In this document: piece after piece, positions 50,654 to 64,000 of the stretch
Position numbering within the stretch: the first letter of the stretch is position 1
How the letters are laid out: each line of letters begins with the position of its first letter
Assembly: GCA_964035545.1 (NCBI GenBank)
Contig: OZ037773.1
Coordinates: 6,415,751-6,479,750, forward strand
DNA from: Bugula neritina
Taxonomy: Eukaryota; Animalia; Bryozoa
DNA length: 64,000 bases
Direction: 5' to 3'
Notes under the pieces: generated by a model
The model's input: only the letters and a program-made list of their open reading frames with translations
What the model was told of the DNA's origin: nothing
Database searches by the model: none
Program-made: the position numbers and the translations under genes

Positions 50654-53600
50654 TTATTGAACACAGGTGTTGGAATTCTTAGCCATCTGTTCTTTCACGG
50701 CCACAGCCATTTTCTCAAAAAAGTTATAGTCGGGGAGTCCAAACACCTCCCCGGCTTCCTTTCCTCTAATGAGCTCCAACTCATCGCAATCAGCTTCTCC
50801 AACACCAAAGGCAAACACCTGCACACCGGGACCAGCTTCTCTCAACTTTCTTGCCTCTTCTTTAAGAGTGTAACATCTAAGATTTAAAGTGTAATGTTGG
50901 ACATAATCAAAAATTGTTTTATGTAATACGCCTAATAGTATGTATTATAGACATATTATACATCTTAAAATATACCATATATATTACTAGCTAAATAATG
51001 CAGCAGTTACGATTAAATATATAATAATTATCATAGATACTAATATAATAACTAATAGATAATATAAAATAATATATCAATGCAAATAAAATGTAAAAGC
51101 ATTTTCTTGAATCCTTCAATAATGTACAGCACTTGCATGTATTGTATCTTTTGTGCATTCTCCACTGGTTCAAACAAATATAGAAAAGCTTAGCCCATAA
51201 CACATGAGAGGAAGGGGGGATGATTACTCACCCATCATTACACTTGCCGTCTGTCACTACAAACACTATGGTAGCAGTGTCAGGGTCATTCAGTCGGTTT
51301 CCTGGCTGTGTCAGCACTTTCTCTCGGACATGTTTGATGGCATCAGTGGTGGAAGTAGCTCCAGATCTCTGCTGGAGTCCTAGAATTTGCTCCTCCACGT
51401 ACCCAGAGCCTACCATGAAGCTATTAGTACAGTAAACAAGATTTTCTAGCATCTACGTAGGACCACAGGCTATCCATTTAGAAGCAGTAATGGAAAAATT
51501 GAGGTAGCCTAGTTCTTTAAATTTATTTATAAGTTTTGTTTTGAGATGCAGGTTGAAATTATTGCAAGAACATAACTTTTTATCTTATAATTCTAATTTA
51601 AAACACGTACAGAATTTTCTTAATTTCTCCATTTTTGCACTTACGTACCTCAGCTGTTTATCCATTATTCAAAATTGCTGGGTCATAGAGCCATTATAGT
51701 TTATATGCTCACAGCTAATGACCTTAACTATTTTTATTAATGAACACTTTATGACATAATTATGTGTAAAAAGGTGCTGTGTTTGAGCTTGAATTTACTT
51801 TTTTACACTGACTGGCTCGGCTTTCATACACTTACCCTTTTGGCTATCCCGGTATGTTAGAACTGTCTTAGCGGTAGTACTAAAAAGAACAACAGAAACT
51901 TGCTTTTCTCCTCTACCAGAGCCTGAAAAATACATGCAGAGAAAAGAATACAAATAAATTCATTTGAAACATCTATTTTAAAAAATAAGTTAGCAGTTAC
52001 CTTAAGGTAATTTTAGGCTCAAAAGCTCAAAATATTTTTTTAACACTTTGCAGCAAGAAATATTTTATTTTATTCTATGCATGGGACATTTGCTGCGATA
52101 TTTGCTTAACAGCCATTTAACATAACACAAGACCTTTTTATTTTAAGATCTTTTAGCACATTTCATCTTAGAAAATTTAAAGCTTGCTATTTTAATACAT
52201 ATTTCATATTTTCAGCTGCTGTTTTTTGCAAAGTCTAAACCTTATAAACTAAAAAGAGATTTTGTTATCAAAATATTCTGAACTATTTGAGTAAACTTGT
52301 AGGTTAAATAAGTTTACTAATATGCAAGGAACTTAGTAATAAGTCGTTAGATATACTTTTTCCCTTTTAATTTTACATTGAAAGCAAAAAACTCCAATAT
52401 TTGTATACTTGAATATTTACCAAAGGAATGTGGGCAAAGAGCTTGACTCAAAGTGGCAGCACCCTCCTTGGCAATGGTGAACTGTGGGGCAGCAATACTG
52501 CCTGAGTCATCAATTAGAAAGATGAGGTCAACACTTGGTTTCTAAAGAAAGTAACAAAATTTAGTTAAAGAAACTATGCAGCAGCATAACTTCTTTTATA
52601 CAATAAATTATTTTGTCATCAACAATAACTATATTCAAATGATTGGTTTTCTGACATTTGATAACGGTGAACCAATTTATTTTTATACTTTTGTGAAGCT
52701 TTGAAATTATATATGGAGGTAAAAACTGATATTTAATGTACAGTTTATAAATTAAAATGTAAGACTGGAATTAGAACATAAGGCAGGCAGCGCACTTTGA
52801 ACTTGCTGTTGTCAGAAGCACGTTTTCCATAGGCTTTAAGAAGAGTGTTAGCCATGCTGCTGACGTCCACAGAGGCAGCAGATTTGGCAGCAGATGCCCC
52901 AAATGGCTTCCTCCATAATCCACAACATCTGCTGTAGTTGATGCTGTAAGCATTGAATTAAAGGAGACATAAACAAACGAGACTATAACTTCAACAGTAA
53001 TAAACAAGTTTAACAACCTTTGCAGGTATATATGAAATCATATTATATTATTAAAGAGAATAAAGTTTTTATCAAAATAGTCTTAATTATTTGAGTAAAA
53101 TTATAGGATTAATTGATAGTCAATGGTTCTAAACGTACCATCTGTTTGGAAAGATAGAAGCTATTTTAGAAGAAGTATCAGCTCTCTTGGATAAAATGGG
53201 GTACGGGTAGTTATTGCAATAGCAATATCTGCACTCATTCCAACTCGGTGTAGTCCAGATAGGTCTCTGAGTTACTAATAATTTATGAGAAACTCAACTG
53301 TAACTTATGCTTTTATTGTTTATAAGAACTTCATAGCTATAATCAATGGCTCAAGTTTAAAAATACATTTTTTTTAAGCTTAGCAGGATATGGTTCACTT
53401 TGATTCAAATTGTGACATGTCTTAGATAACATTTTAGTCTGAAATTATATACAAACAATTTAAAAAGTTGTTCAAATTCAGAATCAACTGTCAATTACAC
53501 TGTTCAAGCTGCAAGTACTTTTGAGTAAGACGTTTTCATATTTTGTTAAATTGAAATAGCTCCAAGCTTTCAAGCTTTTTTGTGTGGTTATTCTTCATAA

Positions 53601-54105
53601 AGGTTTAGTTTACCTGTATTCTGGGCACCGCACAGAGCTCTCTTAGACCTTCTTCTAGTACCATAGTTTACCAGATCTCTTCTCTCATCCTCATTGAGTG
53701 CTTCAATCAGCACTAGTCTATTCAACAGAACGTAGAACTACTCAAATATAGTAATGCTCATCATTTAATGCATGCTGTTATAAATGTACATAAAACTTAA
53801 TACTTTTTGGCATGGTAAAAAGTAGTAAACTTTAAGCAGGTACTGAAATTTCATCTACACAAAAAATGATCCTGTTAAATCTTTATTCAAGTTTTGACGT
53901 AGCTCTGTGAACAACATTTTACTTTGATCTAATTAATTTTTTTACAATATTGTAATTATAGATATTTGCAACCACAAAGCATACAAATCTTAGCTAGTAT
54001 GTATATATGGCGTAAACAAGGCTATGTAGCATTAAAATCTTAATAATATTGTAGTAAAACTTTTTACCCAATCGACAAAGCTGCAACACAGAGTAGAACC
54101 TTCAT
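50654..54105 (-). CDS. secreted prepro-protein: Cys-rich N-terminal region + C-terminal vWA domain, paralog V1 (344 aa)
   Basis: Exons 54068-54105, 53614-53717, 53139-53274, 52796-52943, 52421-52541, 51836-51922, 51232-51409, 50654-50876. Signal MKVLLCVAALSIGLVLIEA, RRRSKR, ALCG..ECRYCYC..SKR..C..CC..YGKR, then vWA (VDLIFLIDDSGS, GATST, FVVTDG, VFAFGVG). Confidence 0.88.
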
Positions 54106-55389
54106 TCTTCTTGAGTAGACTTCTATAAACAGTGATGTATGAGCAACTAACCAGTTAGTTAACCGTATAGCAGATAGCTTGCTTTTTTTTGGTTAAGAAA
54201 TTAGGGTAGTCTTGTGACGTACCAACTATAAGCAAGAAGAGGTGAGAAATTATGGCTAATTTAGATGTGAAAGTACAGATGCTGTACAGCCTGTAACAAA
54301 ATCAATTTCATCCCAAAGCATGTTGTATTTCTTTGTAGTTGCTTTTTCTAAAACATTATTGTACATTGTGCAACAAATTGACCAAAGCTAATATGAAAAG
54401 TAGAATTTAATAAAACTAATATATAGCTGTTGAATGTATTTCTATTGTTGATGAGTAATATTAGACGGACTAATTGCAGTGTTCAATAGAAATCCTACAT
54501 TTGTAGCGTAACAGTTTCTTTTTGAAATTATTTCACATGACATTTTTATAGCTATTGCAGTTTTGTCATAAGCTTTTAGCTTGCAAAAAGTAGAAGCGTT
54601 AAAAAAGAAAGCCTCTACAAAAATGTTGCAAAAACTACTACCCTCAACATTGTTATTTTGATATGGAAGCTATTAGCTCCATACAAACAGAACCAAAATT
54701 AGTTGCATGAGTAGTTAATTGTGTCAAGGTTGAAACTTGTGGTTAGATTAGAGGAATAGTTTGGAAAAGTTTAGGTTATAATTATTTTCGATTGATGTTT
54801 TTAGTTAAATCAACTTGAACCAGATTTTGGCTGCATGACTAATATTTAGTCTCTTTAATTTTTTCAAATACAAATCTAACGTCTGTCCAAAAGCAATAAC
54901 TGTTAAAAGTAAGCAAAAAACCGGTTAATTTTTTTTTATCTATAATTAGAAGATAACCTAAAGCAGCCAGCTAAAAGGCATGTAATTTTTTATATTTTTG
55001 TATTCAAGCAACCTGTTACCATGCCAACCGAGCATATACACATCTGAACTAATCAACTATTGTACTTTAGTAAAATTGATTTAATGATTGCAGCTTTAAA
55101 TTACATAGTTGATATTCTATATCAAAAATATTTAATATGCAGTATTTAATCTAAGATCTTTTTTCAAGTTCATTACAAGTCTATGGTAATTATTTATAGG
55201 GTTCAATAAGAAGATTTCCTATTACATGTTGTTTGTAATTGTTAACTAATTGTATCAGCATCTTTGAACTATTTTTTACGTAGAAACTTGTATCACAATA
55301 TAAACTGTAAATTAGATCATATAAGCTTAAGGTTTCATACTAATATACATGTATATAGTTTTAAGTAAATTATTATGATTTTATTCAAT

Positions 55390-55522
55390 TTTTAATATAT
55401 TATATTTAATAAATTATATTTAATATATTATATTTGATAAATTATATTTGATAAATTATATTTGATATAATTATTATATTTAATATACTATATTCAATAT
55501 GTTATATATTTAATATATTATA
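55390..55522. repeat. AT-rich (ATTATATTTRATA)n minisatellite
   Basis: About 13-bp periodicity. Confidence 0.75.
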
Positions 55523-55655
55523 ACAAATGATCAGTTATTCAAATTGCGCAGTACAACAAACACATGTATATTTTGTTTTAAAGTGAAATATATTTCAGAT
55601 GTATAATTTTACAGCATTTATCAACAACAAAACATTGTTTGAGTACCAAATAACT

Positions 55656-58600
55656 CTAATTAAGGCAAAAGCTGTTTGAATTTTTAGCCATCTGTTCTTT
55701 CACGGCATTAGCCATTTTCTCAAAGAAGTCAAAACTGGGGAGGCCGTACACCTCCCCTGCTTGCTTCCCTCTAATGAGCTCCAACTCATCGCAATCAGCT
55801 TCACCAACACCAAAGGCAAACACCTGCACACCGGGACCAGTTTCTCTCAACTTTCTTGCCTCTTCTTCCAAAGCATAGCAACTAAAAAGGTGCATGCAAT
55901 AATTATCAACTATAACTTGAGGAACTGCAAAAATTCATCACACAAATTTACATAAAAATCTCAAATACAAACTGATCACATGACCATATTGAATGCTGTT
56001 TTATGTTGTCAAAAGTGGAATCAAATATAGCTGAGATTTTTGTAAATAAATTTAAGTTTCACAAACAAAAAAGAGGGGTTGGTATTGTTACTGCCCACCA
56101 TTGGTACTTGAAAGCATTGATTAGAACACAATGCATAAATTGCCTTTCCAAGCTTTGCATTATACGAATGATTTTCATTTGATGTTTGGAAACAGTTGCA
56201 TCGAATGAAACCATTTGTTCATGCAAACCCCAACTACAAATTAATCTATACAGCAAAACAATAGAAACACAGTATTAACTCACTCATAGGTACACTGGCC
56301 GTCTGTTACTACAAACACTATGGTGGCAGTGTCAGGGTCATTCAGACGATTACCTGGCTGCGTCAGCATGTTATTCCGTACGTGTCTGAGTGCGTTTGTT
56401 GTAGCCGTGCCCCTTCCCCTCTGTTTTAACCCAAGAATCTTATCCTCAACATAGCCCAGCCCTATAAGTTAATGTTACAGTGTAAAACATACGACCAAAA
56501 GAATAAATTATTGCGCAGTAATTTGTAAAAGAACTCAATAATTATAATAAATACTAATATGGTCACTAGAAAATAGTGATTTGCATTTAAAAACAAATTT
56601 TTGCAGAGTGTGTCATGATAAATAAAAAACTTTTTGTTATTATATTTTTTGTTTTGTGTTTTTTCACCATGGTATGCTTCTCTATATAGCTGTAATGCTA
56701 TCATCAAATCTGGTCTCAAAATAGTCTTTACATTTTGAATATATGGAAATCAAACTTATATTATTCTGCACTTACCTTTGTGACTTTCTTCATAAGTCAG
56801 CATTGTTGTAGCTGTCGTACTGAACAATGCTACAGACACCTGCTTTTCACCTTTACCTGATCCTAAAACAGGGAAAAAAAGACTGCGTAGCATATCTCTG
56901 TTGTAACCAGTTTGAAAATTTTAGACTCTAAGTAATATTATTGGTTAATTTAGCTGTTTCTAGTACTGCATTCAGAATTTCTTTGTGTATTTACAAAGAA
57001 TACTGCATAGAGAAATTTCACCTGGTTTTTGATACTATCCTAAGCTGAATAGCAATAGAAGTAAGGAAACTTCCTCAAAATTATAACTCTTTGTGGGCAA
57101 TACACAATAATTTATGTAAGTGTGCATTTTTTATTCATCAGGACTTATAGGGTTTCGTCAATAAATAAATTCTCAATATGCAATATACAAATTCTCAATA
57201 TATAATTCTTAATATCATTTAAATGAGCAATTCAATCACTTTATGCTTCGCCTGCATTTACTTATTCCTTTCTTGCAAAATAAAGATGCAAGTTATTGCA
57301 TATATGCTGATATGTATAGATAGCAGCTGTCACTGTATAGTTAAAAAAATGTGTTTTCAGTTTAGAAATCAAATCTTCTAAGTCTGGTTTTCAGGAAAAA
57401 ATAAATAATTTGCACTTATGCATAGTAGAAAAGGTTTAGGTTTACCTTATAGCTAATATTAAGTGAATGAAATTGTTATTAACAATTCACAGGTTGACAG
57501 ACATTTAAAGCAAAAAGTTGTTAGAGCTAAAGCTATTATTTCTAAAGTCTGCATATAAAAGATAGTGTTAAACAATTTATAAGAAAAAAGACATTTTCAC
57601 AATTAGTTTTCATTTACTTTTTTACGAACCTCAAACAAACTTTTTATACTTAATCTTTGCTTTTTTAAGTTTTTAATTGGTTTAGAATTATGTTGCACTT
57701 ATTAAAACACAATTAATTAGTACTCTATTCCAGAAAAACAATTGCAAGCAAATATGAAATATTTTTCTATAACTTAAACTACTAGTTACCAAATGTGTGT
57801 GGACAAAGAGATTGACTTAGAATTGCTGCTCCCTCCTTAGCAACAGTGAACTGAGGACTTCGAATACTGCCTGAGTCATCGATCACAAAGATGAGGTCCA
57901 CGCTTGGTTTCTAAAGAATGTAATAAATATTTCGGCAAACCAAGTCAAAATAGCATTAAGGTTTGTGGTGATATTAAATAGTTGGATTGCGCTACTAGTT
58001 AGATAGTAAACCTGAATTATTGTTTAAATAGTATTACTATAAATAAGCAAAATACATTCCAAATATTTGGAACTTGTTTTTTTATAATCTTTCTTTCTTT
58101 TGAAAACATTTTTGAAAGCATAAAAATTAATTTGACTAATTTTTAACTGCACATACTATGGAAGTACAAAAAATTGACAAATATTCTATTTATCTACTTT
58201 TGGAGTTTTGTATGCAGTAAATTTGCTTGCCTTTTAATTTGGGCTGTTTATTACAAATTAGTAACGAAATGTTTATAATAATATTACGTTTGAACATGCA
58301 TTACTTATTGTACTTGCTAATGCATGCTGGGATTATTAAAAATAATCAAACATTGCAGTAGCAATTTACTCACAAATAAAGTTACAGGTATTTTGACATT
58401 TTATGATATAAATTTCTAACCTTAAACTTATCATCCCCGGCTGCCCGTTTACCATAAATATGGAGTAGACTGTTGGCGAGACTGCTGACGTTGACAGGGG
58501 CAGCAGTTGGTCTCGGCACAGTAGAGTTGCAACACTTGTTCCAGTCAGCGCTAAAAATTTTAAAATTACTCGCTTTGATGCTACTTTCACATCATAGAAT

Positions 58601-59703
58601 GGGAAGTTACTTTGGACAATGAAAGAAGACAACTTTAAAATACAGAAATGCATATGACTTTAAAATATAGAATGCAAAATATTGTGGTAACGAATGAAGT
58701 GACTTAATTTATGCTGCCTATAATTGTATGCTGCTGCATATTATACATTTGACCTTGAGAAAGCAGTAAACATGCAGGCGTTGTTATAGACTAGTTTCTT
58801 ACCACCCATAACTGGAGCTAGCTCGCTTTCCAAAGATTATTGGAGGAAAAGAGTTAGAAGCCCCCGGGTATGAACTGAAGTTGAGTGGTTTCAAAAAGTT
58901 TTGGTTTGGATTTCTGTAGCAGTTGCAATATCTACACTCTCTGTCTACAAACAAATAATAAATTGAGCAGCTATTTCATAACTATGCATTACATATTTTA
59001 AAATACTATATTTTCACCAATTCCTAATTAATATTCTGTATTCTAATTTATTTTAATATTTTCTGTTATACTGGATGCAATTAATTCTTATTTAAGTAAA
59101 CTCTGCAATTTTCAAACTTTGAAATAAAATAAAAACGTAAAGTTTTTTCCCAATACTAGCTGTTACATTTAAGATATATCATAAAACAAAATTTGTTTAA
59201 GTAGGAAGTGTTTCGGTTGGTAAAAATATGTTTCAACTACGTATAAGTAAAGCAATTTGATACAGAGACATATGCATTGTATTACTTACCTATCTTTGGA
59301 GCCCCACATAAAGCTCGCTTAGCTCGCCTGACTGTCCCATGGTAGGCCAAATGCTCTCTTTCATCCTGATTCAATGCATCAACAACCAACAGCCTGCGGT
59401 TCACAAAAATAAAGATCAAAAATATAAAAAATAGAATTTTTTTTAAATTTAAGAATTATTTCAGAGTGATATTTCTGTAACTATATTGCTGTTGCAAATA
59501 ACTTTTTGTGTCTATACCTTAAAATTTTTATTTCTTTTAAATCTATATTAACCTGCGAAACCAGGGCATATATATGTATCTGTAAAAGTTATCCTAAATT
59601 TGAACTTTGGACAGAGTTGTTTGAGTAACAATATAATAAAAATTTGAACTTTAACAAGATTCAGATCTTACCCAATGACTGCAACACAAAGCAAAATCTT
59701 CAT
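55656..59703 (-). CDS. secreted prepro-protein: Cys-rich N-terminal region + C-terminal vWA domain, paralog V2 (339 aa)
   Basis: Exons 59672-59703, 59290-59393, 58803-58944, 58421-58550, 57790-57910, 56776-56862, 56284-56461, 55656-55881. Same intron phases as V1, and exons 2, 5, 6 and 7 have identical lengths. MKILLCVAVIGLLVVDA, RRAKR, ALCG..ECRYCNC..IIFGKR..CADWNKCC..IYGKR, vWA VIDDSGS...VTDG. Confidence 0.88.
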
Positions 59704-60998
59704 GATGCCTCTTTTTAGTGGGTCAGTGTCGTGGTACAAAAAGAAATAAACTATTCATAAGCCAAATTGAAACTTTATAATGCTCTTTTCAATTTAGCTT
59801 AAGTTTTATAAAACATTTGAGAGTGGAACTAGCTATCACCATCCCTTAATACCAGACTGCTAGATTGAACTCTGCCACACCTTTGAGAATCATCAGTTGG
59901 TGATAAAATTACCAGGGCGGGTTACTTTAATGCTGTTGTTTTAGCTTATCTTTCTGCAGACATAGTAAGTCTTGTTTGCAATAGTATTCGTAGTTACGTC
60001 ATATCAGCTTACAATAGTCTCTAATAAGTAGTTTAATAAGTAGCTATACAGATTCTTATAAAGTAGGAAGCAGTATTTTATGAAAATCAAGTATGTGTGT
60101 GAGAGGGCTTGTGTGAAGTTAAGAATAACCCTGGACACAGTTAATTGGCTAAATACTATCATTGAGCTTTACGCCTAATAATAAATGTATATACATAATG
60201 CAGTAGCTCAGACATCAATTCTAGGACCTAGGTGTATTTGGCATAGTCTTTGGTAAAATGTTTTAGTAATTAGGCTGGTTAAAGTAATAATTAAAAAATA
60301 AATTTCTAATAGCCTTGCTATTACACTTTCAATAATGGTCTATATATGCAACAAATTGTAACAATTTCTGTTTTTGCAACAAACAGTTATTTAAAGTTCT
60401 AATAAAATCTTTTAGTTTAATGTAAGCATATGTGTTGCATTTTTGCAATTTTTCTAAAAACAGTTTTAACGGTGTTAGCTGCAAATGCCGTGATTAACCT
60501 GTTATATAACCTCATTGCAGTGAATGCTGATACAAAGCACATCACTAAAAATTCACATTTCTTCAATATTTAGTTAATAATAATTATTATAATGAAGTGA
60601 AGTTAGAGCTACCGTGATAGTTTTCAATATTTCTGGTTCTTAAATTCCTATAGGTATTTCTGGTTATTTTGGTTGAATTTTTAGTACCTGCGTGGCACAT
60701 AGTATTCAAGTGTGAGAGGCAGAAGTAGTAACGATGCTCAAATAACACTACGTCAGGCCTTTTAAGTATATAACCTTGTCTTGTTTAATCTCTTTGAGAT
60801 ATGATCTTGACATTGTGTAGCTTTATATTATTGTATCTTCAAAATTTTAATTAGGAAAAGAAAAAATTATTTTATTATTGTTTAGACATTAATACCCTGT
60901 TTTTATTTTCTTAAATTCAATAATCAAGTCAACAAAATGACTAGCAATTTACAGTATATATAAAATGTTTTATAAAATCAACTTGTTATTCAACTTAC

Positions 60999-61129
60999 AC
61001 GCTGCTTTCTGATGTACTGGGCCCTCGGTCAGAATACTAATAGTCTGCATAAAGTCATCAAATGTGATGAACCCTTTTCATCTGCGTCTATGGCATTGAA
61101 CAAGTAGTGGGCGTAGAACTTGGCATTTC
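60999..61129 (-). pseudogene. KChIP/NCS-family EF-hand exon with a 1-nt frameshift
   Basis: AG/GT-bounded 131-nt exon (132 expected). It reads GNAKFYAHYLFNAIDADE(K)GFITFDDFMQTISILTEGPVHQKAA only if one A is added in an A-run, and is close to KChIP YAHYLFNAFD...FEDFV..LSIL.RG.V.EK. A possible MGNVFQK start exon lies at 62003-62060; other exons are not cleanly recoverable. Confidence 0.65.
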
Positions 61130-62869
61130 CTTTAGGTTACACATTAGATAGCACCTCCTCAATTTTATACAAACAAGTAAGATTCAAATTAAGCCTTGAG
61201 AAAGACGTTATTTGTCAAATTATTATTAATAAAATTCTAAGCTTTGCAATTATATCATGAATTGTTTTTTTAAATATTCTGTACATCAACAAGTTGATAA
61301 TAATTTAAAGATGCTAGACTCTAATATTACAACATTATTACCTTTGCAGAATAATATATAGTGCCTACTTCCTTATTATAATTATTGATAAAAATAAACT
61401 AAAGCAAACAAATATTGCGCTTTATAATATTATTATATAATATTGTTTTACCGGAGAATATAACTTCCTATTTATTGCTTTTTTTCCCGAACTTTTTACG
61501 CCTGAAAAAGTGATAAACAAATAATATGAATAAAAAACTTGATCTGCTTGATGTTTTCAAGCTGATTATATAAATAAAAAGCACACAACTCCTATTTAAT
61601 TTATCAGCTGTAAACAAACACCATCCAATTAGCACGGTGCAATCTTTAAATCAGCAAGTAGTTATGTTTCACCTTACAGTTTTGCTGGCAAACTATTTTA
61701 TTCTACAACGCTAGTTTTTACATTGAAAAGATGACAACTGCTTTGTGGATTTAATTCAGTCTGGAATTATGGGTAGTGGTTAGCTTACCATTCTTTCTTT
61801 TTCTCATTAGAACCTGTGGAATCAAAACACAAATAAAAATGAAAAATATTTATATGATATTATAACAAGAACAAATGAGACAAACTGACAATTAAGGCCC
61901 AATTATTTGTTTATCAAAGGTTCTGGGGCAAAAACAGACATATATGTGTGACATGAGGAACTTTCTAGAATATAATACTAGATTGCATCAACATCTACTT
62001 ACGATACAATGTCCAACGCAACTCTTGGGGTAGCGGGGCTTTCTGGAAAACGTTTCCCATATTTTAGAAACTCCTGGCCAAAAACTTTGAACAAAAAATT
62101 TAAGTTGAACTTTTATTTTTATAGCTTTTAGACCGTTTGCAATTTTAGAAGCAAACCTCGCAGGTATGTTACTGCTAGGGACAAGCTCTCCACTGAATTA
62201 ATTTTTTTATTCATGTTGGAAGCTTTTTCCAAAAAATTTCAATGCTGTAAATATCAAGCTAGTTTTAATAAAAAGAAAAACCAAGCCTTCTGTTACAAAA
62301 GCTTGTTATCCCAGTTTAAAAAAAACTTGAAGGATATATGCAATTAATGTGAATCTGATGCTTGTATAGTTCTGTATAACCTGTAGTGAAATATACTGAA
62401 GATGGGGAATTTCCTGCCATGCACTGGGAGAGTAAGGCCAAGTTCAAGAACACTCCACCCATGGTCCTACGCCTGTAAGTAATATATACCCGTTAGCTTT
62501 TTTTTTCTAACTTGCAATACAAATCAAATTCATATTGCAATTTGCTGTTGCAAATATTTTTCTTAGCGATGTACAGGTAAATTTATTTATATCATGGCTG
62601 ATTGAAACATCCGAAACTAAAGGAGACAGAAAATGTGTTTTTAAGTTTTTGCTAAGGCAAGCTCAAACATTATTTCAATTTGCTGGATCAAAGTTAAAAC
62701 CAAAATATTGATTTAATTTATCTATCACTAAATCAAAGTACCATCAATGAGTTCAAGCTTTAGCTGAGATTTTACAACAAAATTTAACTTCGATTCCCCC
62801 TCTTTACCAAAACCGCAGCTTATTTAAGCAATATAGGTAATCGTTAGTGATCAGGTAGCTTTAAATTCT

Positions 62870-63145
62870 ATGTCATCACCCGCCATCACCTTTCATCACC
62901 TTTCATCACCTGTCTTCACTTGTCATCATCTGTCATCACCTGTCATCATATGGCATCATATGTCATCTCATGTGTTGACATGTGACATCTACAGTCATAA
63001 ATCATCACCTGTCAACACCTGCCATTACATGTCATCATATGTCATCACAGGTGTCATGTGTTTTTATAAGCCGTAATTAGTATTGGCATGTGTTGACATG
63101 TGACATATACTGTCACATGCTGGTCACATGTATTCACATGTCGCA
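62870..63145. repeat. degenerate (TGTCATCACC)n repeat
   Basis: About 10-bp periodic TGTCATCA/CATGTGACA units. Confidence 0.8.
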
Positions 63146-64000
63146 TTATACGATATGAAGATGCTTTCTCTAAATGTCCACATTAGAAATATTATATTAA
63201 TAGTATTGGCCCAGCTGTATACCTGCATGAATCTAACTCCTTTTTCATGGCTGAAATAATATATATTTTTATAATAACTTTGTTCTTGCAATCATTTGAT
63301 ATATTTTGTAGTCACTGAAGCCGAAAAGAGCATGTGGTATGTTTTTAAGCTAATTCTTTTTTAAACTTGATAGAAGATTAAAAGTCTTATATTTTGATTA
63401 AAGCATTTTAAAAAAAGCATAGTAAATATGTGATTTTATTAAGATTGTGTGTGCCACTTATTCAGTTTTGGGTAATATTAGTACGTACAGTACAGTATAT
63501 ATTGTATCATTTGTGAAATATATATGTAATGCTCATCTGCATGTAGCAGTTATTTCTTCAGTACATATAGACTACAGTTGTAAAAACTCTATTTCTGCTA
63601 TCCATATGTGAGCATTAATTTGTAGACTTGATTTTATTAGTCTGCTATGTTTGCAGAACATTAAGATCAGGGTCTAGCATTATTTTTTTAAATTTGGTGG
63701 TACATTTTATATAGAAAGTTATCATTATTTATAGGATTTGAATGGTACCTATTTAAAACATTATGAGCAAGCCGCTCACATTGCTGATAATGTAAGAGTG
63801 TTATTTCACTAACGGATGGCTATAGCAATGACTGTGTTGAACTTCTGAATATATAGCCTTAGAATCTCAATAGAAAATTATGCTATTTCAGGTATTCCTA
63901 CTTCAAACTACACTCCAACTTTAGAAATAGACTGACAAAAGATGTAAGTAGATCTTATCACATCCTCTTGTTTTATTAATATTTGATCATAATTTCTCTT

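Noticed and set aside
52850-53650. Insulin-like peptide (LCG...KR...CC) in the vWA precursors
   Set aside because: Cys spacing does not fit B-chain C-x11-C or A-chain CC-x3-C-x8-C.
62870-63076. His/Ser-rich ORF
   Set aside because: Translation of a degenerate 10-bp repeat.

Overview
AT-rich, intron-rich eukaryotic DNA, most likely a marine invertebrate; the species cannot be determined from the window. All gene models were assembled by hand from GT-AG sites and reading-frame phase. In order along the window: (1) a cAMP-receptor-like (CrlA/GPR157-type) 7TM gene on the minus strand, possibly degenerate. Its first coding intron holds a full-length, intact RTE-clade LINE (4099-7597) with a 13-bp target-site duplication and a complete HDV-like self-cleaving ribozyme fold starting at the element's 5' junction. 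(2) Three tandem 4-exon genes for secreted 10-Cys prokineticin/colipase-fold proteins with convertase (KR) sites inside their loops. (3) Two distantly related, CDS-intronless orphan ORFs (527 and 434 aa) that look like tandem scramblase/Tubby/LURP-type domains, flanking an 8-exon unknown gene. (4) A FAM78-family gene with a basic insertion. (5) A CELF3-6/Bruno-3 type RNA-binding gene in which only RRM2 and RRM3 are visible. (6) Two tandem 8-exon genes with a prohormone-like Cys-rich N-terminus (furin, KR and GKR sites) fused to a C-terminal MIDAS vWA domain. (7) A frameshifted KChIP/NCS-like EF-hand exon. Also present are a tRNA-derived SINE family (about 6 copies), a MITE-like family and several micro/minisatellites.
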